DNA of 64,000 bases from Podarcis tiliguerta (lineage: Eukaryota), in the NCBI GenBank assembly GCA_965153285.1, contig OZ229118.1; one strand, 5' to 3'. Made by a program: the position numbers and the translations under genes. Below the pieces are notes generated by a model. That model was not told the DNA's origin, did not search any database, and saw only the letters and a program-made list of their open reading frames with translations. Each line of letters begins with the position of its first letter. Position 1 is the stretch's first letter. Positions 36,601 through 50,201 of this stretch are shown piece by piece.

Positions 36601-36899
36601 TTTTCCGTTCCCTCATCTGCAAACGTGGGCTGCTAGCAGCATGACATGCACAGATGCTGATACTGTTCAGCAGGTGATGGTGACTAATGCTAGACTGGCA
36701 ACCAGAATTTGATGGATGGCTCTGAAGTGACAAAGAACGACGAATTAGCGTCGCCAAAGGCCAGAAAAATGGTGGCACTTAAACTAAGTAATGGTTAGGG
36801 ATGGATTTGCTAGATGGCATGGTTGTGAGGCCTTAGCTTTAAAACTGGGCTATGTTGCGTGTGTTCAACTGGCATGCCATAGAAACTGAAAACTGAGAG

Positions 36900-37560
36900 T
36901 AGGTGTAGAGTCCCAGGGTTGGATGGGGCCTTCTAGGACAAGAGGACCCCCAACAGAAGGTTGTCTAGCATCTGCCTGGAGATCTCAAGTGAGGGAGAGT
37001 CCACCCTCCCCAAGGGAACTGGTTCCAGTTTTCAAAGTGCTATTACTGTAAAGTAAAATATGTTTTCCTGTAACTGAAGCTTATTAAATCTAGCTCTGCC
37101 CCACAGGGCAGGAGAGGACAAGCCTTTGCTCTCTTCTAAGTGACAAGGTACCAGGTTCCCCCCTTTATTGTATTTTTAACATTTTATTGTATTTTTAATA
37201 TTTTGTTGGAAGCCACCCAGAGTGGCTGGGGAGACCCAGCTAGATGGGCGGGGTATAAAGAATAAATAATTCTTCTTCTTCTTCCTTTTCTTTTCCATGC
37301 TGCTTCTCCAGCCTTTTCTCGTAAGATGTGCTTCCCTCGCTCTTCTCTAAACCCATTCCATTTGTCCTACATTCTTCCCAGATTGCCATACCCATAGCTG
37401 GACACAGTACTCCAACTGAGTTCCGACTCATGGAGATTAAAGAAGCAGTATTGCTTTTTGTGACTGCGGTCCTATTAATGCAGTCTACGATCATGTTACT
37501 TTTTTGTAAGCTGCATCACACTGCCGGCTCATGTTTAGTTTGTGATCAACTACAATCCCA
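36900..37560 (-). mobile_element. CR1 LINE 3' fragment, interrupted by an L2-type tail (37160-37282, +)
   Basis: agggttggatggggccttctagg...ggagagtccacc CR1 3' sequence; minus-strand YEKRLE; insert gaagccacccagagtggctgggga...gggcggggtataaa + (TTC)n. Confidence 0.6.
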
Positions 37561-38219
37561 AGATTTGTTTTGTTGGGAGTAAAACAACACTTGCAGTAGG
37601 TTACCTGAATTGGAGTGGGTGGGTGGAGAAAAAGGCAACCTATTCTTCTCTTGCTGATCCCTTCTTGAGTAACCTCTTGTCATGTAGATTGCGTTCTCAT
37701 TCCTTCCTTCCTGCTTCTTCTCCAGTCAGTCTTGTTTTGTAGGAGGGAAGTCTTAGTGCTGGACCTTGTGAACCACCTGACTCAATCACATATAAACCTG
37801 TACGTACTCAGATTGGCTTTGTTTGCTCTGAGTAATATACTTTAAGTTTCTTTCAACCACCGGGCTTACTTGACTATTTATTTCTGCACTCGGGTTAACT
37901 ATATGCTAAACTCCAGCAAGTTTCAGTGCCAACTCAGGCATTTCCCCCCATCCTTTACCTGTGAATTTTGTGCTTTGGTACTTCTGTGATAGTTTTTAGG
38001 TGCGTTTCTTTAGCTACTGGAATGAAACAGAATAGTAACAAGAGAACACGTTGAGGAGAAGATCTCAGCAAATGCTCTCTTTTTGAAGAACATTATTATG
38101 ATGAGCATTACCAGCCCATAAAAATAAAAATTATCAGCCCAAACATGCACCTGACTGTGGAGCTTTCCCCCATGTGTCTGATAGCAGAGCTTGACGCTGT
38201 GCACATGTACATGAGACCA

Positions 38220-38383
38220 AAGCAGGTAGGCTAGAACTGAATACCAGCTGCTGGAAACCACAGGAAAGGAGACTGTTCTTGTGCTCAGTTCCTGCTTGCA
38301 AATTACCCACAGCATCTGAGAACCAGGATGCTGCAGAAGCTGGACCACTGGCTTGATCTAACAGGCTCTTCCTATGTTCTTAC
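38220..38383 (+). mobile_element. CR1-type 3' UTR fragment
   Basis: ctgaataccagctgctggaaacc...caggctcttcctatgttctta. Confidence 0.65.
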
Positions 38384-39630
38384 TTATGATATTGCATGGC
38401 ATTCCTTATTTGCATTTGAACCTGGATTATTCATAGCTGTTCTGTCCATTCGTCAAAATCATATTGTTTCTAGCCCTACAAAAAAAGGAAGGTATTTGTG
38501 AATCCATATATGATATGTATTTCCTAGGGGTGCAAAGGTGATCAGATATGGATCGCTGTTTTGTTTTGTGAATGGTTCAAAATATATTGCAACGATCTGT
38601 GTTGATATGTCTTCTGTGTTCTGGTGCATTCAGAAAACTCAGGTAGACGTGCATATCTGATACAAGCGGAGCAAAAAGGTGAGTTTGCTCTGTCAAGGTT
38701 TGTGAGAATCCACCCTTAATGAGAGCACTGTTGGAGGATTTTTAGACAAGACTGAGCGAGCCTTTCCCATCATCCCCTCTTTATGTGAAAACAAACAGCA
38801 GCAAGCTGCTTGACAAGTTTTCTGTGGGAAACACAAATGTTTTGTTCACTATAATTCATGCTTCTCGTTTCCCCCCAACACAATAGTTTGCTTTATCCCC
38901 TCATCTTCCCTTGTTTTTAGCTGTACTCCTTCTCTCATCTATAAACTTATATCAGATAATTTTATATGTGCCCCCCCCCTTTACTTTTTTGGGTCTTTGC
39001 TCTTTCTGCACCTCCTTCCCACACCCACCCGTCACTTTTTCTTTCCTGTTTCTTCTCTGGTTTCCTACTCACCTTTGGGCCTGACTCACCTGCCTGGTTT
39101 TCTGTAGAAGCAACTCCCAAGGCCTTTGATGGTAACAGATATTTAACAGAAATATGTAACCAGACCCTGAATTAGCACCTGACAGTTTTCCAGCTAAGGG
39201 TCTTGGTGCTGGACAAATGGGTCACAGCAAAATCCACAGGACCAGGGCCAGCTCACCCATGAGGAAAGGTGAGGCAACTGGCTCAGGCAGCCAGATCCAC
39301 AGGAGCAGCTGATCCTGATGTCAATCTTCCTTCCTGCCTTGTTCCTGATGTAGATCTTCCCTGGCGGGAAGAGAGGAGCCATTTGCCTCAGGTGCCAAAA
39401 TGTCTTGCACAGGACATTAAGATATATAGTTGCTAATATCTTTCCTTTTTGTTTAATAAGCAATAGATTTTTGCTATAAAATTCTGTTTTTGAGGAAAAA
39501 ATACATCTGTTCACTTAGGACTTACATTGGATACAACCAGCTGTTCTTGAAGTTTTTGTAAGTTCGTGCTTTATAATTGTAGGTCACTTTGGAGGCCCTT
39601 TGGGGGGCTGAAAGGCAGCTCAAAAATAAC

Positions 39631-39667
<37 letters not shown>
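39631..39667. repeat. (TAA)n microsatellite (tail of an L2-type 3' end)
   Basis: Visible repeat preceded by gtaggtcactttggag...gaaaggcag. Confidence 0.9.
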
Positions 39668-40426
39668 TAAAGGCAGTGGAGAAAAGCTTTGCTGGTTCCA
39701 GGAGAAGGATCAGGGAAGAAAAGGAGTGTCTGAAAATATGCATCACACCTGCCACTGTATCGAAAAGGAGGTCTGCCTGCATAACAAATCAGCCACGTGC
39801 CCATATCTGAAAGGTGCCCAGGGGCTTCTGATACCTACAACTTTAGCAACCTTACTATAACATGATTCTGGACCAATAACAGTTCAGTACAGTTGATGTT
39901 CATCTGTGCTGTTCTTTCTAATGCAATCACTTCTGGCCCTTTTAGGGAGCGATTCTATGCTGTTCCCTGTAACAACTTCAGTCAAACACCTATCCAGACT
40001 CTACCGAAGCAGCTGTTGCTGAAAAGTGGAAAAGGAAAGAGGGCTTGGGGGGGGTGATCATCAAGCAGATCTTTATCTGTAAAGGGAAAAGGTCAGAGGT
40101 TAGGGTGGGGTAAAGGAAATCTTGCTGTCACTTGAAACCCCTAGAATGTTCACAGGGCTATCCTTCCTATCGACCCCGATCTTCTTACCCCCCAAGCTGC
40201 CTCCTTCTCTCCGCTTATAAGCAGCCTGCTGAGAAAGACCATAGAGGATGTTGTTTGCTTTAAGGAGAGCTGCCACTTTATTGGCCCAATTAACATACAG
40301 CAGCCTTAGGCCCTAAAATTCCCAACACCGCCTGTAACTATGCTTGATCACAGAACTGGCAGCCTGCAACTTCCAGCAGGAGATGGAGAAAGTGGTAGCT
40401 AAAATACCCTGCCTTCCAGCTGAGCC

Positions 40427-40559
40427 CTCCTTGACCTGGAGTCCACCAGACATTCTGGACTACAACAGCCATCAGCCCCAGCCAATGTGCGTTGGCTAAG
40501 GCTGATGGGCATTGTAGTGCAAAGTGTCTACACGGTGGGCACCTGGTTGGGGAAGGCTG
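40427..40559. mobile_element. hAT-type palindromic MITE (decayed)
   Basis: ggactacaacagccatcagcccc / ggctgatgggcattgtagt...ggttggggaaggctg. Confidence 0.65.
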
Positions 40560-41428
40560 TCTTTGCCTATCTGTGAGCCTGTTGCTCAAGAGCTACTTTT
40601 TAATGACTCCCTGTCTCTCCGCCAGGGAGTGGCAGTGACCTGCCCCGTTCTTCTTTAACAGGTGACAAAAGATTATGTCATGAAGGTAAAATATGAAGTT
40701 GCAAAGCTGGACTAGCTCAGGGTTTGCATTGTCTTGAGCTGGAATAAGCTGAGCGATGCTGGTGGAGCCTTTGGTTGGCTCTGGCAACAGTCCCCCATTG
40801 GCTGAACACAGCAAAGCAACTTTCCTGGCCATGGTATTGAAGGGGCACCAGACCATTCTGAGCAGGGTCAGATGGAGGCGTCTCCCTGCTGCCTTTCCCT
40901 GCATCAGTCCATCCAACCCAGTAATGTCTGCCCTGACTGGCAGGTAGGGCAGGAGTCTGTACCAGCTGGGGGGTTGAGATTTGGACCTGCTGCACGCAAG
41001 GCAGGGCTACAGTCTTGGCCCCCTCCCACCTACTCACCCAACTGAACAGCTGCCTCACCCTGGCTAATGGGAGGGGACTCGCCTCCAATGAGGTGGTTTT
41101 TTAATTTCTCACCCTTTCCCTCTTATCCCCTCCCAGACCTGTTTAGGGCTGGAGCAGGCCAAGGCGTGATTGACAGTGGCTGACTTAAATGGAGAGCTCC
41201 ACAATATGCCTTCCACACAAAGTGTGCCTTGTCAGAGTTGGAAGGGATGCTTGCTGTATATTTCACTTGCTATACTTTAGGCTGGTGGGAAGGGGAGCTG
41301 GCTCCACCACTCACAACTACTCCCCTTTTGCAAATGATTGAGGAGTGATAGGCATAAATCAAACACCTAGATAGAGAACCTCATTCTGGCTATAGCTGTG
41401 CTTCCATGCTGTCCCCATAGAGGTCGCT

Positions 41429-41772
41429 TAAAGTTAAAGGACCCCTGACAGTTAAGTCCAGTCGCAAACGACTCTGGGGTTGCAGTGCTCATCTTGCTTT
41501 ACTGGCTGAGGGAGCCAGCATTTGTCCACAGACAGTTTTTCCGGGTCATGTGACCAGCATGACTAAGCTGCTTCTGGCGAAACCAGAGCAGCGCATGGAA
41601 ACGTCATTTACCTTCCCACCAGAGCGGTACCTATTTATTTACTTGCACTTTGATGTGCTTTCATACTGCTAGGTTGGCAGGAGCAGGGACCGAGCAATGG
41701 GAGCTCACCCCATTGCGGGGATTTGAACTGCCGACCTTCCGATCAGCAAGCCCTAGACTCAGTGGTTTAGAT
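41429..41772 (-). mobile_element. Sauria SINE (slightly 5'-truncated)
   Basis: taaaggacccctgacagttaagtccagtcgc...ctgctaggttggcaggagc...agtggtttaga. Confidence 0.9.
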
Positions 41773-42977
41773 GACCTAATTATTGAGCATGCATCCTGAT
41801 TGTTTGGACAAAATTTGCAAGGTGGTTAGCTGACACCAGCTATTTATTGAGCATCTGTTCCAATTTGTGGGGAGGTTATGCAACGTGGCATCAAGCATTC
41901 ATTATCCCACACTTTCCAGTGCATTTTCTCATGACTTTCCTTATTGCAAAAAGTCTGGGGAGCGGGTTTGTTGCACAAGAGCACCGCAGCAACTTTAATT
42001 GTACAATCTGAATTTGTCAGTATGTGATTGAATTTCACCCCCAAATAGTTACAACTTCGAAGAGCCAAAAGGCTCTTTAAAAACAACAATGTGGAAAATA
42101 AGGATAGAGTCTGTGTCCTTGGTATTGGAAAAAATTGAACAGCTCTAAAAATATATGTTCCAAGTGGCCAGAGGGTCTTTTCACACTGCTTCAGTCAGCT
42201 TTAGTTCCAGCAGAAATGGTGGGTGTGCATTTTGCCTTTGTAATTGGAATCTGTCTGGAGGTTTCGCAGCAGATTGTGATGTTGGGGGCTACGCTCGGAG
42301 CAAAGTTATATGAACACAAGACACAAAGATTTGTGATAGCTAACAACTTTCTTTGGCTGTAAAGCAACTGCATTGATCTTGTGCCAGAGCTGAGCCATTC
42401 AACATAAACAATAAACAGCAGACTCTGAAGGAAGTCCTTAATAGTTTGCTTTGGGGTCCCCTGGACGATTTGTTTCAGACTCTGAAGAGGCAAAAAGCTG
42501 CCTTTGTGAGTGAGCTGGGCTATTCTTTAAAGTGGCAAAAGAAATCCAAGAACAAACAAAAAGAGATTTTAAACCTGGTCCTTCTCGTTTTGGGGATCTG
42601 AAAAGGTCACAGGACTCTTGATCTGTTTCCCACAATGGAAGAAGCTTTGCTATCTTATCACCAGGTAATCAGTTAACAGTTTTAGATGACTGAACCACCT
42701 GGCTTTTAATTCATTGTCCAATTACATTTAAATAAACTTGCATCTTAGCAAAACTTTGATTTAGGTGTTGTTGTTTAAAGCAAAAAATATTTATGAACTG
42801 TAAGGTAATGTACAATTCAGGATGCAAAAGCATTTACTCTGTTGGGAGGAAAATCTCACTTTATTTATTAGTTTTAAAATATTTACATACATCATACATA
42901 CATAATTCTATTGGTATGTCGACTTTCCATAGTTCAAGCCACACTCAAGGCAGCTTACAGCATGGAAAAGGTACATG

Positions 42978-43167
42978 CAGTGGTACCTCGGAGGTCCGTT
43001 CTTAACCTGAAACTGTTCTTAACCTGAGGTACCACTTTAACTAATGGGGCCTCCTGCTGCCGCTGCACCGCCACTGCATGATTTCTGTTCTCATCCTGAA
43101 CACAAGATACTATTTCTGGGTTAGTAGAGTCTGTAACCTGAAGGGTTTGTAACCCGAGGTACCACTG
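42978..43167. mobile_element. Tc1/mariner MITE (same family as 17246-17487, opposite orientation, internal deletion)
   Basis: cagtggtacctcgg / ccgaggtaccactg + TA; shared internal ctaatggggcctcctgctgccgctg. Confidence 0.85.
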
Positions 43168-45247
43168 TAATTGCAAACTGAACAAAAGTAGCCTTAAACA
43201 ATAAATAAAACATCAACAAGTACACAACCAAACCGAACATTTCCACATAAATCGTAATAAGATCTAAAATAAAAATAAAAAATAACAGCAACAATCCCAC
43301 TGTCAACAAAACTCCCTAAATAAAAGCCCAGCTCAAAAGTCTGTTCAGCAACCTCAGCTTTTGTAGCTGGAGTCAGTCAGGGCCCCACCCAGGCCAGGTG
43401 GAGAAAGTCCAGCAAGGCAGGGAGCAGGTCTTCCAGGACTTGCAGCCAAGATCCTTACAAAAAGATTAACTTCAAGATCTTGGGCATGTCTACTCAGATG
43501 TAAGCCCATTAAGTTCAATGGGACTTATTCCCTGGTACATGTGTAAATTTCAGTCCTGAGACAGCAATTTCCTGCCCAATCACCTTAAAGTAAGACCCAT
43601 GGAACTCAATGGGACTTACTTCTGAGTATAATTTCTCTGTAAAATGCAGTGATAATATGCATTTTTTAAAAGGCAGCGGAAAGCAGCAGCTGAAGACCAT
43701 CTGCAAAATCAAAGCACATTTAAAACCAGCAGCAAACATTTCCTCCTAACACAGATCCCTTTTTGTTAGTGTTTGGAGAGGAAGTTTCAAAACCTTCATT
43801 CTGTGGTGCTCAGCTTTCCCTGAGGGACATACTTCGTTCAAGACAACCATGTTAATTATATGTATGCATATGAGATGGTGGGGGAGAGGATATGACTGTT
43901 CATTGTTTGGGATCATCTGTTGCTGCATGGTGCACCTGTTGAACTGTTCAGAGAGACAGGCAGCCATAAGTGATTTCCTGCCAGAGTTTATAGCTCCGCC
44001 CCTTCACAAGGTGGATGGAACAAGAAGTGTAGATTTGGAGTCCACTTCTAAAAGAATAGGAAGAGGAGAGCCTGTATTACTGCAGCTACATGCCTAAATG
44101 CAGGTTAGAGTTGTAGAGCGGTTCCTACCTTATGATTATTTGGATACCGGTGTTCCTTAGCATTTGATATATCATGGTAGAATATTCAGCGCCTGTCACA
44201 TATTCATTATTTCATGGACCTTACAACAACTCAGAAGGGTAGGTCAGTATTGTTATCCCCGTACTACAGATGAGGGAGTAGGCCGAAGTATTTGTGTGGC
44301 TGAGGTGACATTTCAGCTGAAGATTCTGCCATTCACAGCTCAAGTTTAACAACTGCATGACATTAGCTCTCAATATGAGATGCTGGTTGGGTTTGAAATG
44401 GGTTAAATGAATCTATGAGAGAAAAGAGGAAAAGGAACACATTTTTCTTAATCCCTTTATTGGAAATATATATATAAATATTCCCTAAGAAAGCTATAAA
44501 CTTCAAAAGAAGGAAAATCAGCTACAAAACATTAACTCAAAGCAGCTTTAGAGATGAAGAGTTTGGGAAGAGTGTGAACACATTCAAAACTCTTCTCTTA
44601 CATTTTCATTTGGCTTATTTTGATTCCAGAGCTGATTCCAAAGCTGCCTCAGGATTCTCCTTTAACAAACTTTTATAGGCCATTGAAACAGCAATGCTAT
44701 AACCACTTACTTGGAAAGAAGTCCTATTGAACCCACCAGGACTTCTGATCAGACAGGTATAGGGTTGCACTGTAATTTATTAAAGAGTCTGATATGGCAA
44801 ACCTCATGCAGCTCTTCTCACGCTTATGGGTCAGGTCTTGTTTCCAGTATTTTGTAATTAACATTAATGTCATTGACAGAACTCCAATTAGATGCCTATA
44901 TTGCTGTGGAATATATAGCCTGAATATAGAAAACGTTGAAAAGGTGATCCAAGGTCCAATAGTTTATTGTAGTCTAGGAAATGACTTTCCAAAATAGCTG
45001 AACATAAGAATAATTCAATCAAATTCAAATATACATTTTATCTATTTGAATACATCTCAAACAAAGCTCAGTAGTTTACCCCATGTATATGTCCAAGTTC
45101 TTTTCATGTAAGCTGCCAAAGATCTACTGATTTATGGTAGTTTTCTCTAAAGTGGGTAGCAAACAAATTCATATCTGTTGCAGCAAGGATGTACTGGAGC
45201 TCTCCAAATATTGTTTGGCGAACTTTCTCCCATTTTAAGATGCATTA

Positions 45248-45492
45248 CAGTCATACCTTGGAAGTCAAGTGCCTTGCAAACGTTTTGGCTCCTGAATGCT
45301 TCATGCCCGGAAGTGATTGTTCCGGTTTGCGAAGGTTCTTTGGAACATAAACGTCTGTCGCGGCTTCCGTGGCTTCCAATTGGCTGCAGGAGCTTCCTGC
45401 AACCAATTGGAAGCTATGCCTTGGGTTCCAAATGTTTTGGAAGTCAAACGGACTTCCGGAACAGATTCCGTTCTACTTCCGAGGTACGACTG
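45248..45492. mobile_element. Tc1/mariner MITE
   Basis: TIRs cagtcataccttggaagt / acttccgaggtacgactg, TA TSD, internal palindrome gcttccaattggctgcagga.cttcctgcaaccaattggaagc. Confidence 0.85.
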
Positions 45493-46049
45493 TATTTTTA
45501 AATCATGCCATAAAGTGATCTTAAATGCTTTGGAGCAGACCACTGTGCCTCTCACTGTCATACCCAGCTTAGCTTCTCGCTGAAATAGGGAGCTCTGGTG
45601 AAATCCTCTTATCTCCTCTGTCACTCACTGAACCATAATAACCAAGCACAGATGGGGCAAAAGAAGTGGCTTCTGGATCTTTCCCGGATACTATTCTGTA
45701 TGGAGGACAGGGCCCAGGCAATGCTTGGATTTCGTAAGGGACAAATGGCAGTTACAAAAAACAAAATAGTTGTTTATACAGTAAGACCATGACCAGTCAC
45801 CTATAAACAGAAACATTTGAGAATGATTTGATTATAGAATAGTTACTATTACAGCAGAACTCAGATAGAAGTGTTTGTCTGCTACATTTCCTGAGTATTG
45901 GGAATGGTTAACCACTGCTTGTTTATGCATCTTAATTCATGTTAATGAATGCAAATGTAAATTCAACCAGTGGCAAACATTAATTATGAGGTAAAAACCA
46001 GCCCTGTCTATGAGGTCAACTCCTCTGCCACAGTGAAGACCTTTCTGCT

Positions 46050-46530
46050 GAGAAAAGGTCGTAACATTTGGGCCTTTTTTTTTTTGTTTAGAGAAAAGGC
46101 GGCTGAGAGGCACCAGGATAGAACTGTACACAATTATACATGTTGTGAAGAAAGTACACAGAGAAATGTTTTTCTCCCTCTCTCATAACTCATGGATATC
46201 TGATGACGCTGAATGTTGGAAGATTCAGGACAGACAGAAAAAAGCACTTCTCTGCACAGCATATACTCAAAGGCAGCAACGGCCAACAACTTGGTTGGAT
46301 AGAAAATTCACAAAGGATAAGTCTATCAGTTTCTGCTAGTGCCAACAGATATGTTTTTCCTCTGCTGTTGGAGGCTGTATGTTCTGAATGCCAGTTTCTG
46401 GAAACCGCAGGAGAGAAGAGTGCTTCTGTTCTCAGGGCCTGCTTGTGGGCTTCCCATAGGCATTTGGTTGGCCACTTGGAGAACAGGATGCTAGACTAGA
46501 TGGGCAACTGGCCTGATCCAGCGGGTTCTT
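46050..46530 (+). mobile_element. CR1 LINE 3' fragment
   Basis: ...LNVGRFRTDRKKHF... CR1 ORF2 end plus 3' UTR gaacaggatgctagactagatggg...cctgatccagc. Confidence 0.8.
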
Positions 46531-48823
46531 ATAAGGATTTCAGAGTGATCCAGGATTATAGTCTTCCAAATAGCAAATTATGGTGCCCTTTTATCTAAAC
46601 CAGGGGTGTGGAATGTTGTTGTTGTTGTTGAAATAATGAGCAGGGGTGGGGACCTGGCATAATCTTTGCAGGTCACTTTTGATGGGCAGGCCAGACCAGA
46701 CCACTCACCTGTCAGTCACCTAAACGCTGCATGACATCCGGTGCTAAACGTCTAATGACAATTTGGAAATGCACAGTTATTGCCGTTCTAATTCTTCCTT
46801 TGTTTCTTTGCTTTAATCTAAACCTTGAACTGTAAATGAAACAGCAACCGCTAAGATTCTTGCAGTACATGAGCCTTGCAAGCCCCATGTTCAGAGAGAA
46901 TCAGCTCCAGCGTCACTGGGGTTTGCTTTTGATGCCAAATTACAAAGTGCCTGTGCATCCTGTGCTTACTGAGGAACAATGAGATGGGCACTCAAAAGCT
47001 CCCAATGGTTGCTTCGCAGATATGGCTTGGGTAAAATGGCCTCTCAGTGGGCCCAATTTGACCCGTGGGCTAAGTGGGTGGTGCTATATTTTCCCTTGCT
47101 TTCTTCCACCCACGTCTCCCCACTCTCTGCCCCTCAGTGGGCTGTAGAGAGACAGATCATCCTTGCAAACAGATCACTTTTGAAACGAGGCCAAGGTATA
47201 ACCCTTGGGTCAGTACTCAGGGCTGGGTGCACCTATGCAGTAAACAGCTCCTTAAATAAACATTGTTTAAATCGTATTAAGTTGTTGTTGTTTCAGATAA
47301 GCTGTATTTATTTTCACCATGTCATTACAAGCTTTTGAGCAAGTTCATGCAAAGCGGTGCAGTCTCTCTACGCCACTGGTCTTCAGCTGGTGGGTCAGGA
47401 CCCACGTGCGGGCTGTGCCTTGATCCAAGGTGGGTCGCAACGAGAGCACTACTACCATACAAATGTATGGTAAAAGATTAAGAAATAGGTCCCCAAATGC
47501 ATGTTTGGGTTAAAAGTGGGTTCTGGGTCTGAAAGGGTTGTAGATACCTGCTCTAGTAAATATTGAAGCAGAATACAGGGAACCCTTTTAGCAGGTAGAG
47601 GCTCTGTGCCTATAACAGATGCATGACAGGCTGTCCACATGGAATGGCAATCCCTCTATGCTAAATGATCAACATCAGGGCCAAAAGAGGAATTTTTTTT
47701 AATTTAAAAAGCTATTTTTGTTGTTTTATGCTAACAATGAACGATATCAACTTTAACAAACATTGAATACTATTATTCTCAACATGACCATATGCTAAAG
47801 CAGTAGAGTCCACATCTCTGTCTGTCTGTCTGTCTGTCTCTCTCCAAGCATCCCCAGATTTGTCCTTCACTTAGACCCTCTGCTAGCTCTGCAGGTCCAA
47901 ACTAGACAGATTGTTAAATGTGTTTTTTCCTTTGATTCCACGGGGGATTCCTCCCCCCCCCCATGCAAATACTAGCTTCAGAAGAGGGATTTTCAAAAGT
48001 AGGAGAGGGTTTAAAAAATAATAAAATAAAAATCCTCCTTGCCTTCTCTGATCCCATTAAGTATAAACCCTTCTTTAATTCAATTTGCATTTTTAAAAAT
48101 CCACACATTGAATGCAAAGAAGCATTAAATTACACTGTGTTGTCTAGCTGGGGCCTTAGTTGTTAGTTACTAGTTCTTCATAGGGTTCTTGGATAACTCA
48201 TTGTACACTAACTGCATGTTTAAACATATTTTTTAATATTTAGTTTCAAGTTCAGACATGTTTAATGAAAAGTGGTTCTTTGCTCCACCAAGTGGCATTG
48301 TCCTCTCATGACAAGAGCAAGTTGTTAATGGAATTTGGTTAAGGACAGTTTAAGAACGGGAGGGGGTGGGGAGAAGCCACAATAACATGAAATCAAGTGA
48401 CAAGGCCTCTGCCCTGAATCTGCACCACAACTGGCTTGCATGATTGCCTTTTTTTTTTTAACACAGAGACCATTCCCACACCTTTAAATCAAGAGAGGGC
48501 AACCTTTTTCACCTCAGGGGCTATATTCCCTTCTGGAAAAAATCCAGGTGGCCAGCTAGTGGGGGGAATGTTGTGTTTAACAGAGAAGGAAAAAGATCTT
48601 GGTTTGGCTGAGCCTTGCAGCCTAATCCCACAGTCTTGTTTTACAAGACAAAAATGGGCAGCAATAGGAGGAAGAGCCCTTCTGCCTGTGTCTCCTGTGG
48701 CAGTGTTGCACCTATGCAGAAAAACTCACAGTGTTGCACCCGCAAATCGTATAGGTGAATTGTGCAAGGTCTTGGCTGGATCAGATGTGAGCAAAGAAGT
48801 GGCTTTAATGCAACATGTTAATC

Positions 48824-48851
48824 TTGTTGTTGTTGTTGTTGTTGTTGTTGT
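48824..48851. repeat. (GTT)n microsatellite
   Basis: Directly visible. Confidence 0.92.
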
Positions 48852-50009
48852 TTTAAAGCACCAAGTTTCAAGGTCCCTAGACCAGGCAGTCCAAAGGATG
48901 CTGAACAGAAACAGGATTCCAAGAAGCTTTGCCAGTACAGAAATGGTGCTAACAGCTTGTTGCAAATATTTGCAGAATCAGGCTGTTAGTGATCTCAAAA
49001 GTACAAAAGCAAAGGCAATACTATTTATTTAAAATAAAAGAGTAGCCTAAGACCTTCCTCCATTTTAGCACCAGTAATTTTTATAAAAGAGGCAAGGGAC
49101 TCACTTTTTTCAGGTTGTCATTTCAAAACTGACTCTCTGACCTATTGTTTTCCCCCTTGATTTTATTGAGTTCCATGAAGGGTTTTCTCCCTCCCAGTGT
49201 CTTGGCACCACCCCCTTCCTGAGTTCTTTTCACGAACAGCTGTTGGGTTGCCCCAGCTGCTAATGGGAAGTTCTTCAGAGTTTCAAGAGCTCTAGCTGTG
49301 AACTGGTTTCCCAAGCAAGGGAGGAGACCTTGTCGGAGTCTCGTCTGTAATGTGTCAGTCAGGGTGTGCTTATTAAAAATTGTTTTTGAATCCTATTCTT
49401 TTTCTGGTGTAAATACTACTCTCATAGAGTAGCACTTCACAGGTTGTGATTTACTCAAGAACAGTATGTTCCGACAGAGCACTTTTTGTTTTTGAGGGCT
49501 CCTTAATTTGCAACAAATAACATATCATAGAATGCCTAGTTCTTTGCTAAAGTGCTTGACAAATATGACATAAGTTGTGATGAAACTGCTTTCCTGTTGC
49601 GGCAGGACACTTTCATACTGACCCCATAATTACACTGGAACCTCAATTACAAAAGTACTTTAAAGGCTCCATCTCCAACTAATGTGTAACCAGAGACAGT
49701 CTGTGTCCTTCACTCCTTAAGGATCAGTTAAGAGTAGACGTTGCGTATCAGATGCAGGGCTTTCAGTATTTGTGTGTGTGATTTGACAGATTCACCCTTT
49801 TTGTTAGGAGGCTGCTGGTGTAGCAGGTGAAGGAGAAATGTTTATGTCTCTGGAGTTCACAAATGCTAATATGTGAGACTGGAACATCCTTGGCAGCTTT
49901 GGAAGTAGGGTGTTAGACCATGGAATATCAATAGGCTAATGTGATTTGCTGGGGGAATTAACAGAGTAGTAATAACACATTTATGATGGCATAATGTCTG
50001 ATGGATCTT

Positions 50010-50120
50010 GCATGTGATGAAGTGCACTTTAGTCCCCAAATGTTTATGCCATGCTACATGTCCATAAAGTGCTTAAAGATTTTTTGGTTGCTACAGACTA
50101 ACATGGTTGTTCCCTTGGAA
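50010..50120 (+). mobile_element. Penelope-like element terminal-repeat remnant with degenerate hammerhead core
   Basis: gcatgtgatgaagtgcactttagtccccaaatgtttatgcc...ttgctacagactaacatgg resembles the recalled squamate Penelope end (gcatctgatgaagtg...cacgaaagcttatgcc...acagactaacacgg). Confidence 0.5.
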
Positions 50121-50142
50121 GTTATGTTCAGAGAAACTAAAT

Positions 50143-50201
50143 GTTGTTGTTGTTTAGTCGTGTCCGGCTCTTTGTGACCCCATGGACCAGAGCATGCCAG
50201 G
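50143..50201 (-). mobile_element. Ultra-short 5'-truncated BovB (RTE) insertion
   Basis: Minus strand cctggcatgctctggtccatggggtcacaaagagccggacacgactaaacaacaacaac is a BovB 3' end with (CAA)n tail; perfect 10-bp TSD gaaactaaat (50133-50142 / 50202-50211). Confidence 0.85.

Noticed and set aside
48436-49032. 198-aa ORF with a poly-Val run
   Set aside because: Poly-V comes from a (GTT)n microsatellite, the 5' part overlaps MITE-like sequence, the start is non-ATG and there is no recognisable domain.
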